Positions 9,458 to 18,065 of a stretch of DNA of 64,000 nt are shown here, piece by piece. Made by a program: the position numbers and the translations under genes. This stretch comes from Spirochaetia bacterium (lineage in GTDB: Bacteria > Spirochaetota > Spirochaetia > SZUA-6 > Bin103): NCBI GenBank assembly GCA_965203055.1, contig OZ241863.1, positions 1,984,001-2,048,000 of the forward strand, given 5' to 3'. The stretch's first letter is position 1. Each line of letters begins with the position of its first letter. Below the pieces are notes generated by a model. It did no database searches. It saw only the letters and a program-made list of their open reading frames with translations, and was not told the DNA's origin.

Positions 9458-10606
9458 GTGGCGGCCAACGATCCCGGCTCCGGCCTGCCGCGCTGGGCCA
9501 ACGCCGCGCTGCTGCCGCTGATCAACCTGCTGGCGGCGTTCGCGGTTTCGGGGGTCGTGATCCTGGTGCTGGGCGAAAGCCCGGTGCAGGCGCTGGTGAG
9601 CCTGGTGCGCGGCGCCTTCGGCTTTCGCGAGGCGTGGGGCTACACGCTCTATTACGCCACCAACTTCATCTTTACCGCGCTGGCGGTCTCGGTGGCGCTG
9701 CATTGCGGACTGTTCAACATCGGCGGCGAGGGGCAGGGGTATATCGGCGGCCTCGGGGTCGGCCTGGTGTGCCTGTTCCTGGACGGGCTGCCGTTCCTGC
9801 TGCTGGCGCCGCTGGCGGTGCTGGGCGGCGCCCTGTGCGGGGCGCTGTGGGCCTGGGCGCCGGGGTACCTGCAGGCGAAGCGCGGCTCTCACGTGGTGAT
9901 CACCACCATCATGTTCAACTTCATCGCCGCCACCCTGATGGTCTATCTGCTGGTGAACGTATTGATCGAGCCGGGGCAGATGTCGCCGCAGAGCCGCGCC
10001 TTCGCCGACCACGCCACGCTGCCGGCGATGCACGAGCTGCTCGCCCGGATCGGGATCGACTTCCCGCGCACGCCGCTGAACCTGGCGTTCCCGTGGGCGC
10101 TGGTATGCGGCGTGCTGGTGTGGATCTTCATCTGGCATACCCGCTGGGGCTACGAGCTGCGCACGGTCGGCGCCAACCCGGAGGCCGCGGTCTACGCCGG
10201 CATCTCGCCGGCGCGCAACATCATCCGCGCGATGGCAATTTCCGGCGCGCTGGCGGGAATGATGGGGCTGAACGAGGTGATGGGGGTGAACCACCGGCTG
10301 CTGCTCAACTTCACCGCCGGCTACGGCTTCGTCGGCATCGCGGTGTCGCTGATGGGGCGCAACCATCCGGTCGGGATCCTGCTGGCCAGCGTCCTGTTCG
10401 GCGCGCTCTACCAGGGCGGCGCGGAGCTGGCGTTCGAGATGCCGCGCGTGACGCGCGACCTGGTGGTGGTGATCCAGGGCCTCGTGATCCTCTTCGTGGG
10501 CGCCCTGGAGTACCTGTTCCTGCCGGCGCTGCGGCCCTGGTTGCGGGCGCGGCGGCAGGCCGCGGGCGGGCCGCCGGCGGCGGCCGGCGCGGGGGCGGAG
10601 GGGTAG
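9458..10606 (+). CDS. Nucleoside ABC transporter permease
   Basis: GLFNIGGEGQ, VITTIMFNFIA, GYELRTVGANPEAA. Confidence 0.92.
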   Translation: MAANDPGSGLPRWANAALLPLINLLAAFAVSGVVILVLGESPVQALVSLVRGAFGFREAWGYTLYYATNFIFTALAVSVALHCGLFNIGGEGQGYIGGLGVGLVCLFLDGLPFLLLAPLAVLGGALCGALWAWAPGYLQAKRGSHVVITTIMFNFIAATLMVYLLVNVLIEPGQMSPQSRAFADHATLPAMHELLARIGIDFPRTPLNLAFPWALVCGVLVWIFIWHTRWGYELRTVGANPEAAVYAGISPARNIIRAMAISGALAGMMGLNEVMGVNHRLLLNFTAGYGFVGIAVSLMGRNHPVGILLASVLFGALYQGGAELAFEMPRVTRDLVVVIQGLVILFVGALEYLFLPALRPWLRARRQAAGGPPAAAGAGAEG

Positions 10607-10612
10607 CGCGGC

Positions 10613-11650
10613 GTGGCGGCCGTCGGCTTCTTCGTCCTGCTGCTGGACGCCGCCCTGCGGGTGTCGGTGCCGCTGGTGCTGGCCGCCCTGGCGGGGTTGT
10701 TCTCGGAGCGCTCGGGGATCGTGGACATCGGCCTGGAGGGCAAGATGCTCGGCGCCGCGTTCGCGGCCGCGGCAGCCTCCTACGTGTGCTCCGAGCGGCT
10801 CGCGGCCGCCGGGCTCACCGGCCTGCTGCCGGCCGCGGCCTGGGTCGGGCTGCTGGCCGGGGTCGGGTGGTCGATGCTGCTGGCGCTGCTCCACGGCGTG
10901 GCCTGCATTCGCTACCACGGCAACCAGATCGTCTCCGGGGTAGCGATCAACATCCTCATGTCGGGGCTCACCGTGCTGCTCGGCATCGCCTGGTTCAGTC
11001 AGGGCGGACGCACGCCGCAACTGCCGCCGGAGGGCCGCTTCCGCCCGCTGGTGTGGCCCGGCGCCGAGGCGCTGCGGGAGGTGCCGCTGGTCGGGCACCT
11101 GTACAGCGAGCTGTTGTCGGGCCACAACGTGCTGGTGTACTTGGCCTTCGCCGCGGTGCCGCTGGCGTTCTGGGTGGTCTACCGCACCCGCTTCGGCCTG
11201 CGCCTGCGCGCGGTGGGCGAAAACCCGGAGGCGGTGGACACCGCCGGCATCTCGGTGGCCGGCATGCGCTATCGGGCGGTGCTGCTGTGCGGCGCGCTGT
11301 GCGGGGTCGCCGGGGCCTACCTGTCCACCGCGCAATCGGCGGCGTTCATCAGGGACATGACCGCCGGCAAGGGATTCATCGCCCTGGCGGCGCTGGTGTT
11401 CGGAAAGTGGCGCCCGGTGCCTACATTGCTGGCCTGCCTGCTGTTCGGGTTTCTGGACGCGGTCGCCGCCCGGCTGCAGGGCGCGTTCGACCTGGAGGCC
11501 AGCTCCGGGCTGGTGCGCGAGCTGGTCGACGCGGCCCCGTTCCTCATCGAGGCCCTGCCCTACGCGCTGGTAGTGCTGCTCCTGGCCGGCTTCGTCGGCC
11601 GCGCCGTCGCCCCCAAGGCCAGCGGCCTCCCCTACCTCAAGTCGGGCTAG
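10613..11650 (+). CDS. Nucleoside ABC transporter permease
   Basis: SERSGIVDIGLEG, GLRLRAVGENP, GKGFIALAALVFGKW. Confidence 0.92.
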   Translation: MAAVGFFVLLLDAALRVSVPLVLAALAGLFSERSGIVDIGLEGKMLGAAFAAAAASYVCSERLAAAGLTGLLPAAAWVGLLAGVGWSMLLALLHGVACIRYHGNQIVSGVAINILMSGLTVLLGIAWFSQGGRTPQLPPEGRFRPLVWPGAEALREVPLVGHLYSELLSGHNVLVYLAFAAVPLAFWVVYRTRFGLRLRAVGENPEAVDTAGISVAGMRYRAVLLCGALCGVAGAYLSTAQSAAFIRDMTAGKGFIALAALVFGKWRPVPTLLACLLFGFLDAVAARLQGAFDLEASSGLVRELVDAAPFLIEALPYALVVLLLAGFVGRAVAPKASGLPYLKSG

Positions 11651-11732
11651 CCGGCGGGCCGGGCGACCGGGCGCATTTCCAAAATGCAGGTAAGCGTCAG
11701 GCCGCTTGGCGGCCAAGCCCAAGTCTCAGTGA

Positions 11733-13097
11733 TCACCGGTCTACCGGCGCCTGACGATCCTCGCCGGGGCGCCCGCATCCGGCGCCGGCGTGGCGGTAGC
11801 GATGATGGGCGGCGCACAGCAGGCGCAGATTGTTCGGCTCGGCGCCGCCGCCGCAGGCATACGGCACCACGTGATCGATCTGCAGCAGGTGTTGGGAGCC
11901 GCAGCGGCGCCCGCTGGTGCGGTCCACGTAGCGGCAGCGGCCCCGGTCGCGCCGCCACACCTCGCGCTTGACCGCCGCCGGGATGGCGCGGCCGGTCGCG
12001 CCGCCTGCCTTCGCTGCCGAAGTTTCGGTCCGCGCCGGCGGCGCAGCCCGCGCCGCGCCCGCCGGCGCAGCCTGACGGCCGGGGCGCCGCGTCTTCGGCG
12101 CCGAAGTGGTGTCGCCCGCCGGTTTCACTGCCGGTTTCACCGCCGAAGTGTCCGGGCGGCGGTTCGCCTGCAGCGGCGAAGCGGCTTGGTCTCCCGGCTG
12201 CGCCGGCGCCTGAGCCGATACCTTCGCCGCCGAAGGAGCGGCGCTGTTCGAGCCGGCCTCCTGCTTCGCTGCCGAAGCGGCGCCGCGAGTCGAGGCCGCC
12301 CGCGTCTTCGCCGCCGAAGTTTGCTCGGCGCCTTTGGCCGGCGCGCCGCGCCGCCCGCGCGGCGGCCGGGCCGGATCGTGGCGGTCGAGCCCTTCCCGCA
12401 CCAGCCGCCCCATGAGCTGCCCCATCGTCAGGTGCGGATCGACGTGGGACAGGAGGCCCTTGAGCCGCTCCAAACCGCGCCGGCACTCATCGTCGATCAC
12501 CGCCTTGAGTTCCCAGCGCCCGCCGCCCAGGGGCCGCACCCGATCCGCCGGCGCCGCCAGCTCCGGGTCCACCTCGGCCAGCAACTGCATCACCTCCCGG
12601 CTGCTCTTGCCGGACGCCTGCTCCACCAGCTCCCGCCGCGCCTCCGGGTCCAGCACCGGCGGTGGCGCCGCGCCGTCCTGCGACTGAGCGGCGGTCCCGA
12701 ACCCGGCCCCGCCCGGCGCACTACGCGCCGCCCGTTCCTTCTTGCGCTCCTGCCGGTCGAAGGCGTTCTGCAACTGCGCGGCCGCGTTCAGCGTTATCGT
12801 GCCATTCTGCAGGCGCTCGCGCACGCCCTCGACGTCCGCGCAGAGCCGCATCGCCTTGATGCGCCGCCACGCCGCGGCGTCGCTGTAACCCAACTCGCGC
12901 ACCGCGTAATCGAACAGGCTCGAGAACCCGCGGCGCAGGTACAGACGGCGCTTCTGGATCTCGCGCAGGTGGTCGATGACGACGACTTCGAGATGGTGTT
13001 CGATGCCGGAAAGTTCCTTGGTCCGCTCCAGCAAGCGGTCGTCTGAGAGGGCGGATACGGTAGTGGTGACGGCCTCGTCGGAAGCATGTTTGTGCAT
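11733..13097 (-). CDS. HNH endonuclease with N-terminal DUF222/13E12-like helical region
   Basis: C-terminal RAIPAAVKREVWRRDRGRC...CGSQHLLQIDHVVP...GG...NNLRLLCAAHH; N-terminal LYLRRGFSSLFDYAVRELGYS. Confidence 0.85.
   Translation of the reverse strand: MHKHASDEAVTTTVSALSDDRLLERTKELSGIEHHLEVVVIDHLREIQKRRLYLRRGFSSLFDYAVRELGYSDAAAWRRIKAMRLCADVEGVRERLQNGTITLNAAAQLQNAFDRQERKKERAARSAPGGAGFGTAAQSQDGAAPPPVLDPEARRELVEQASGKSSREVMQLLAEVDPELAAPADRVRPLGGGRWELKAVIDDECRRGLERLKGLLSHVDPHLTMGQLMGRLVREGLDRHDPARPPRGRRGAPAKGAEQTSAAKTRAASTRGAASAAKQEAGSNSAAPSAAKVSAQAPAQPGDQAASPLQANRRPDTSAVKPAVKPAGDTTSAPKTRRPGRQAAPAGAARAAPPARTETSAAKAGGATGRAIPAAVKREVWRRDRGRCRYVDRTSGRRCGSQHLLQIDHVVPYACGGGAEPNNLRLLCAAHHRYRHAGAGCGRPGEDRQAPVDR
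12009..12319. repeat. Intragenic array of seven 14-bp units, consensus CTTCG-N4-CGAAG (palindromic), mostly 42-nt period
   Basis: Units start at 12009, 12093, 12135 (degenerate), 12168 (degenerate), 12222, 12264, 12306; encode (T/A/P)SAAK-like peptides. Confidence 0.8.
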
Positions 13098-13103
13098 GAT
13101 ATA

Positions 13104-13132
13104 AGTATAATCATGGAAACTACTTGAGTCAA
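13104..13132 (-). promoter_or_regulatory. Near-consensus sigma70 promoter TTGACT-17-TATACT of the HNH gene (leaderless); -35 overlapped by palindrome TACTTGAGTCAAGTA
   Basis: -35 at 13127-13132, -10 at 13104-13109, ATG 6 nt downstream at 13097; palindrome at 13121-13135. Confidence 0.75.
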
Positions 13133-13261
13133 GTAATTCGGCCCGAATATGTCACCTGCTGGCGTGACTTGGCGGCGCATTTCCAAGCGGTTGGACGTTC
13201 CGTCAGATGCTACTGCCGAGACTGTCGCCGGCGTCGAGCGCATTTCCTCTATACTCGGCGC

Positions 13262-13477
13262 ATGACAGTGCGCATCGCTCTGGATGATGACTTGTTGGCT
13301 GAGCTGGACCGGCGCGCCGGGGCAGGACGCCGCAGCGCGTTCATCTCCCAGGAACGACGCTGGGATGAAATCGAAGCGTCTTTCGGCACGATTTCGGACA
13401 CCGGTCACGAGTGGGACGACGATCCGGCCGCCTGGGTCCGGCGTCAGCGCCGCGGCGACGACCGTCGCTCCGGATAA
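13262..13477 (+). CDS. Ribbon-helix-helix (CopG/VapB-like) antitoxin, orphan and possibly shortened
   Basis: MTVRIALDDDLLAELDRRAG..RRSAFI; C-terminal WDDDPAAWVRRQR; no toxin gene follows. Confidence 0.65.
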   Translation: MTVRIALDDDLLAELDRRAGAGRRSAFISQERRWDEIEASFGTISDTGHEWDDDPAAWVRRQRRGDDRRSG

Positions 13478-13480
13478 CCG

Positions 13481-14713
13481 ATGATGCGGGAGCCGGCGGG
13501 GCCGACCGGGCAGGCCGCGGTGGTCGAGGCGGCGCTGCGGCGCGGTTCCCTGCGCCGGCCGGCGGCGGCGGAAGCGTCATTCGTCGATCTGATCTGCGCC
13601 GTGCACCGCGGCGCCGGCGTCGATGCGGCGCCTACCGCGCATAGCGGCGCCGTCGCCCGGCACCTGTTCGAGCGCCGCCACCTGGTGCTGGTGCTGGTCG
13701 ACGGCATGGGCATGAGCGCGCTCGCCGACCCGGCCGCCGCCGACCTGCGGAGCCGCGTGCGGCTGGAACTGGACGCCGTGTTCCCGGCCACCACCGCCTG
13801 CGCCATGACGACCGTGGCGACCGGCATGTGGCCGGCTCAGCATGGCGTTCCCGGCTGGTGGGCGTACCTTGCCGAGCATGATCTGGCGGCCACCGTGCTG
13901 CTGTTCCGGGAACGCCACTCGGGCCGCGGCCTGCGCCGCCACGGCGTTCGCGCCGGGCACCTCTGGCCGCATCCGTCGCGGTTCGCCGAGGTAAGCCGCA
14001 GCATGGAGATGCGGGTGCCGCTGGCGTACGTGCTGAGCACCTTCAGCCGCTATCTGAGCGGCCGCTGCCGGACGCGCGGCTACTACTCGCTACGCCACGC
14101 GCAACGCCGGATCCTGCGCCGCCTGCGCAACCTGAGCCGCCGCCGGTCCGCGCCCTCCATCACCTACTGGTACATACCGGATTACGACGCCGCCTGCCAT
14201 ACCGGCGGCGTGGCCGGCGCGCAGGCGCGCAATACGCTGCAGCAGATCCAGGACCTGCTGCTGGAGCTGGCGGCGGCGGCGCCGGACGACGCCCTGATCG
14301 CCGCCACCGCCGACCACGGCCTGATCGACCTTGGCGGCGACGGCGACCGCGCGCCGCTGTTCCCCGGCGACCCGCTGCTCGCCTGTCTGCGCTGCGCGCC
14401 GACCGGCGAGGGCCGCACACCCCACTTTCACGTCCGCCCCGGCAAGGGCGCGGAGCTGGTCGAGCGCGTCGCCGACCGGGCCGGCGACCGCCTTGCGCTG
14501 CTCAGCCAGGGCGAAGCCGAGGATCTGCGCCTGTTCGGCCCGCAGCCGCTCAGCGCTCTGGCGCGGCAACGGTTCGGCGACTACATCGGCATCACGCTGG
14601 CGCCGTTCACGCTCGCCTACTACGAATCCCCCGACTCCACCTCGCTGCGCCACGTCGGCGTCCACGGCGGCATGACCCCCGCCGAAGTACGGATTCCGCT
14701 CGCCGTGCTGTGA
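13481..14713 (+). CDS. Alkaline phosphatase superfamily (nucleotide pyrophosphatase/phosphodiesterase) protein
   Basis: LVLVDGMG, VFPATTACA (Thr nucleophile), DAACH, TADHG, HGGMTPAE. Confidence 0.88.
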   Translation: MMREPAGPTGQAAVVEAALRRGSLRRPAAAEASFVDLICAVHRGAGVDAAPTAHSGAVARHLFERRHLVLVLVDGMGMSALADPAAADLRSRVRLELDAVFPATTACAMTTVATGMWPAQHGVPGWWAYLAEHDLAATVLLFRERHSGRGLRRHGVRAGHLWPHPSRFAEVSRSMEMRVPLAYVLSTFSRYLSGRCRTRGYYSLRHAQRRILRRLRNLSRRRSAPSITYWYIPDYDAACHTGGVAGAQARNTLQQIQDLLLELAAAAPDDALIAATADHGLIDLGGDGDRAPLFPGDPLLACLRCAPTGEGRTPHFHVRPGKGAELVERVADRAGDRLALLSQGEAEDLRLFGPQPLSALARQRFGDYIGITLAPFTLAYYESPDSTSLRHVGVHGGMTPAEVRIPLAVL

Positions 14714-14768
14714 GTCGCAGGCCCGCGGGTTCTCGCGGCCGGCGCGGGAATCGTGGCATGCTGGGGCC

Positions 14769-17700
14769 GTGGCTCGTCAGGCCGAGCGACAGACCGGCAC
14801 GGTTCCGCGCGCCGGCATGCTCGCGGAGGTGCGCAACCGGAGCGGCGTGGTGACCGCGGTCGAGCCGTTCGACGGCCATGAGGGGCGGCTGCACTTGGTG
14901 CACGTCGAGTACAAGGACAGCCGCGCGCCGGCCGCCGAGCGCCTGTTATGGGAGCTGGAGCAGCCCGGCGGCTCGCTGCTCGAACCGAATGCGCTGCCCG
15001 ACGCTAGCAGCGGCGACGCCATGGACCCGGCCGATTTCGACGCGCTCCTGCGCGCGGCGCGCTGGACGGCGCTCACTCCGTATCTCGACTTCGACGGCCG
15101 GGGGGCGGCGCGCCGCGAACCGCTGGCCAGCCCCTTCCACGGCGCGGTGCGGCCGGAGGATTACCAGCTCGTGCCATTGCTGAAGGCGCTCCGCATGCCC
15201 CGCGTCAGCCTGCTGATCGCCGACGACGTGGGCCTCGGCAAGACGATCGAGGCGGGCCTGATCCTTACCGAGCTGCTGCTCCGGCGCCGCATCCGGCGCG
15301 TGCTGGTGCTGGCCCCGGCGGCGCTGCGCCGACAGTGGCGCGACGAGCTGTGGGAGAAGTTCTCGCTCCGCTTCGAGGTGGTCGACCGCCACCGTACCGA
15401 GCTGGCGCGCCGCCGCCTCGGCATGGACGCCAATCCGTGGCGCTCGTTCGACCGCATCGTCGCCTCCTTCCACTACCTGCGCCAACCGGACGTGCGCGAG
15501 CAGTTTCTGGCCGCCTGCCGCGCCCCGCAGGGATCGCCGCATCTGCCGTGGGACCTGCTGATCGTCGACGAATGCCACCACCTCATGCCCGCCCCGTTCG
15601 GCGAGGACAGCGAGCTGTGCCGCACCATGCGCCTGGTGGCGCCGCGCTTCGAGCACCGGCTGTTCCTGTCCGCCACGCCGCACAACGGCCACACGCGGTC
15701 GTTCACCGGCCTGCTGGAGATGCTCGATCCGGTGCGCTTCACCCGCACCGCGGAGCTGACCCCGGCGCTGCGCGCGCGCGTCGACGACGTCGTCATTCGG
15801 CGTCTGAAGCGCGACGTCAACGCCGCCGCCGCCGCGCCCCGGTTCTGCCGCCGCCTCCCGCCGGCGGCCCTGCCGCTCGCCTTCGACCCGCGTGAGGCGG
15901 CGCTGGCCGCGGCCTTCGACGCCCTGCGCGCCGCGGTGCGCCGGCTGGTGGCCCCGCATCCCGGCCGCGCGTCCGGGCCGCGCGTGCGGGCCGGCACCTT
16001 CGCGGTCGAGATCCTGGGCAAGCGGCTGCTGTCGTGTCCCACGGCGTTCGCCGAGTCGTGGCGCCGCACCCGGCAGGGGTTGGCGGAGCCGGCCGCGGCC
16101 GGCGAACGCGAGCTGCAGGCCGCGGCCCGCGCGCTGCGCCAGGAGACCGGCGACGACCGCGAGACGCAGGCGCGCGCCGCGACCGCCGCTACCGTCGCCG
16201 GCGCCTGGCTGAAGAACTTCGGCGCCGCGCTGGCGGCCGAGATCGGCGCCATCGACGCGGCGCTGGCCGGCCTCGGCTTCGACCTCGACGGCGCGCCGCC
16301 GGTGGAGCGGACGCCGGCCGCGGACGCCCGCTTTACAGCCCTGGTCGGGTTGATCGAGCGGCTGCTGCGCGCCGGCGACCGGTTTCGCGGCGACGAACGG
16401 CTGATCGTCTTCACCGAGTACAAGACCACGCTCGACTACCTCGCGCGGCGCCTGCGGCAGCGCTATGCCGAGGAGCGGATCCTGACCCTGTTCGGGGCGG
16501 GCGGCCCGGACGGCATGAACGATCTCGACCGCGAGCAGGTCAAGGCGTCCTTCAACGATCCGGCGGCGCCGGTACGCGTGCTGGTGGCGACCGACGCGGC
16601 GTCCGAGGGCCTCAACCTGCACCGCACCGCCCGCTACGTGCTGCACTACGACTGTCCCTGGAACCCGTCCCGGCTGGAGCAGCGCAACGGCCGCCTCGAC
16701 CGCTACGGCCAGGCGCGCGACGTGACGGTGCATCACTTCGTCAGCGACACCGACCATGACCTGCGGTTCCTCGCGCACGTGGTCCGCAAGGCCGCCGAGA
16801 TCCGCGAGGACCTCGGCGCGGTCAACGAAGTGTTCGACCGCGCCGTGCACCGCCGCCTGATCCTGGGCGACGACGCGGCCGCGGTGCAGGCCGACCTGGA
16901 CCGGGGGCTGGCCGGCGCGCGCGAACGCGCCTCCTTCCCGGCCGACCCCGGCGCGGCGCCGGACAACGACGCGGTGCAGGCCGCGCTGCTCGACGCGCTG
17001 GCGGCGGAGCTCGATCTCGATGCGCCGGCGCTGGGCGCAGCCCTCGGCACCGCCATGGCGGCGACGGCCGGCGGCAAGCGCCAGCTCCGCCCGGTGGCCG
17101 AGGAACCCGGTTGCCATACCGTGGCGGACCCCGGCCTCGCCGGCTGGCGCGACGTGATCGACCAGGCGGTGCGCCGCCCTGCGCCCGGCGGCGAACCGGG
17201 ACCGATGCCGAAGCTCGCCTTCAGCACCGCGCCGTTCATCGAACGGCTGGGGGCGCTGAGCGTGTTCCGGCCGCGCCGCGACGCCGTGCTCATGCACCTG
17301 TCTCATCCGCTGATCCAGCGGGCGCTGGCGGTGCTGGCGCGGCGCCGCTACCCCGGCGAGCACCAAGTCTCGCGCTGGACCGTGCGCCGCGGCGCGGTGC
17401 CGGCGACGGCCGACGCCCTGCTCCTGCTGAGCATCGAGGAGCTGGCCGTAAACGAGCTGCGCGAAACCTTCCATCGCTGGACCCGCACGGTGGTGTTTCC
17501 GGTGCAGGACGGGGAACTGGGGCTGCCGCTCGCCCATCAGCCGCCGCAGGCACTGCGCGCCGCGCCGGCCGCGGCGTTGACGCGCGCCGAACGGCGCCGC
17601 GCCGGCGAGCTCCTGGAAGAGGTCGACCGCGACCTGAGAGACTGGCTGCGCCGGTACCGCGGCGAGCTGAGCGCGGCGCTGCGCGAGCAGCTCGCCGCCG

Positions 17701-18065
17701 ACGGCGCCGGCGCGCGCCGCCGGGAGGATGACCGCTACCGCCAACGCCAGGGCGAGTTGTCGGGGCTGATCGAGCGCTCGACGGTCGCGCGCCTCACGCG
17801 CGAGATCGACGACCTGAACGTGCGCGCCGCGCAGGGTGAGTTGTTCGACCAGGAGGGGCGCCGGGCCGCGCTGGCGCAGTCGATCGAGGAAAAGCGGGAG
17901 GAGATCGCCCGCCGCCGCCGGCACTACGAGGAGCTGCGCGCGCAGTTGCAGCAGGAACGCGCCCGCCTCCTCGAGCACCTCCTGCCCAAGCGCTTCGCCA
18001 TGGCCGGCTCCGCGCGCGTATTTCCCGTGGCGGCGGAGATTCGCCTCCCGGAGCGCCGAGGATGA
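14769..18065 (+). CDS. drmD: SNF2-family helicase, DISARM DrmD-like
   Basis: LLIADDVGLGKT, DECHH, LSATPHNG, TDAASEGLNL, PWNPSRLEQRNGRLDRYGQ; YQLVPLLKALRMPRV typical of DrmD; ATGA-coupled to a methyltransferase gene. Confidence 0.82.
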   Translation: MARQAERQTGTVPRAGMLAEVRNRSGVVTAVEPFDGHEGRLHLVHVEYKDSRAPAAERLLWELEQPGGSLLEPNALPDASSGDAMDPADFDALLRAARWTALTPYLDFDGRGAARREPLASPFHGAVRPEDYQLVPLLKALRMPRVSLLIADDVGLGKTIEAGLILTELLLRRRIRRVLVLAPAALRRQWRDELWEKFSLRFEVVDRHRTELARRRLGMDANPWRSFDRIVASFHYLRQPDVREQFLAACRAPQGSPHLPWDLLIVDECHHLMPAPFGEDSELCRTMRLVAPRFEHRLFLSATPHNGHTRSFTGLLEMLDPVRFTRTAELTPALRARVDDVVIRRLKRDVNAAAAAPRFCRRLPPAALPLAFDPREAALAAAFDALRAAVRRLVAPHPGRASGPRVRAGTFAVEILGKRLLSCPTAFAESWRRTRQGLAEPAAAGERELQAAARALRQETGDDRETQARAATAATVAGAWLKNFGAALAAEIGAIDAALAGLGFDLDGAPPVERTPAADARFTALVGLIERLLRAGDRFRGDERLIVFTEYKTTLDYLARRLRQRYAEERILTLFGAGGPDGMNDLDREQVKASFNDPAAPVRVLVATDAASEGLNLHRTARYVLHYDCPWNPSRLEQRNGRLDRYGQARDVTVHHFVSDTDHDLRFLAHVVRKAAEIREDLGAVNEVFDRAVHRRLILGDDAAAVQADLDRGLAGARERASFPADPGAAPDNDAVQAALLDALAAELDLDAPALGAALGTAMAATAGGKRQLRPVAEEPGCHTVADPGLAGWRDVIDQAVRRPAPGGEPGPMPKLAFSTAPFIERLGALSVFRPRRDAVLMHLSHPLIQRALAVLARRRYPGEHQVSRWTVRRGAVPATADALLLLSIEELAVNELRETFHRWTRTVVFPVQDGELGLPLAHQPPQALRAAPAAALTRAERRRAGELLEEVDRDLRDWLRRYRGELSAALREQLAADGAGARRREDDRYRQRQGELSGLIERSTVARLTREIDDLNVRAAQGELFDQEGRRAALAQSIEEKREEIARRRRHYEELRAQLQQERARLLEHLLPKRFAMAGSARVFPVAAEIRLPERRG

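Larger units (their letters stand above)
11670..13186. mobile_element. Putative mobile HNH cassette bounded by the 13-bp direct repeat GGCGCATTTCCAA
   Basis: Identical 13-mer at 11670-11682 and 13174-13186 enclosing only the HNH gene and its promoter; short hairpins inside both ends. Confidence 0.55.

Noticed and set aside
13481..14713. Possible BREX PglZ next to the defence island
   Set aside because: Size and motifs fit a stand-alone nucleotide pyrophosphatase; no brxC/pglX/brxL seen
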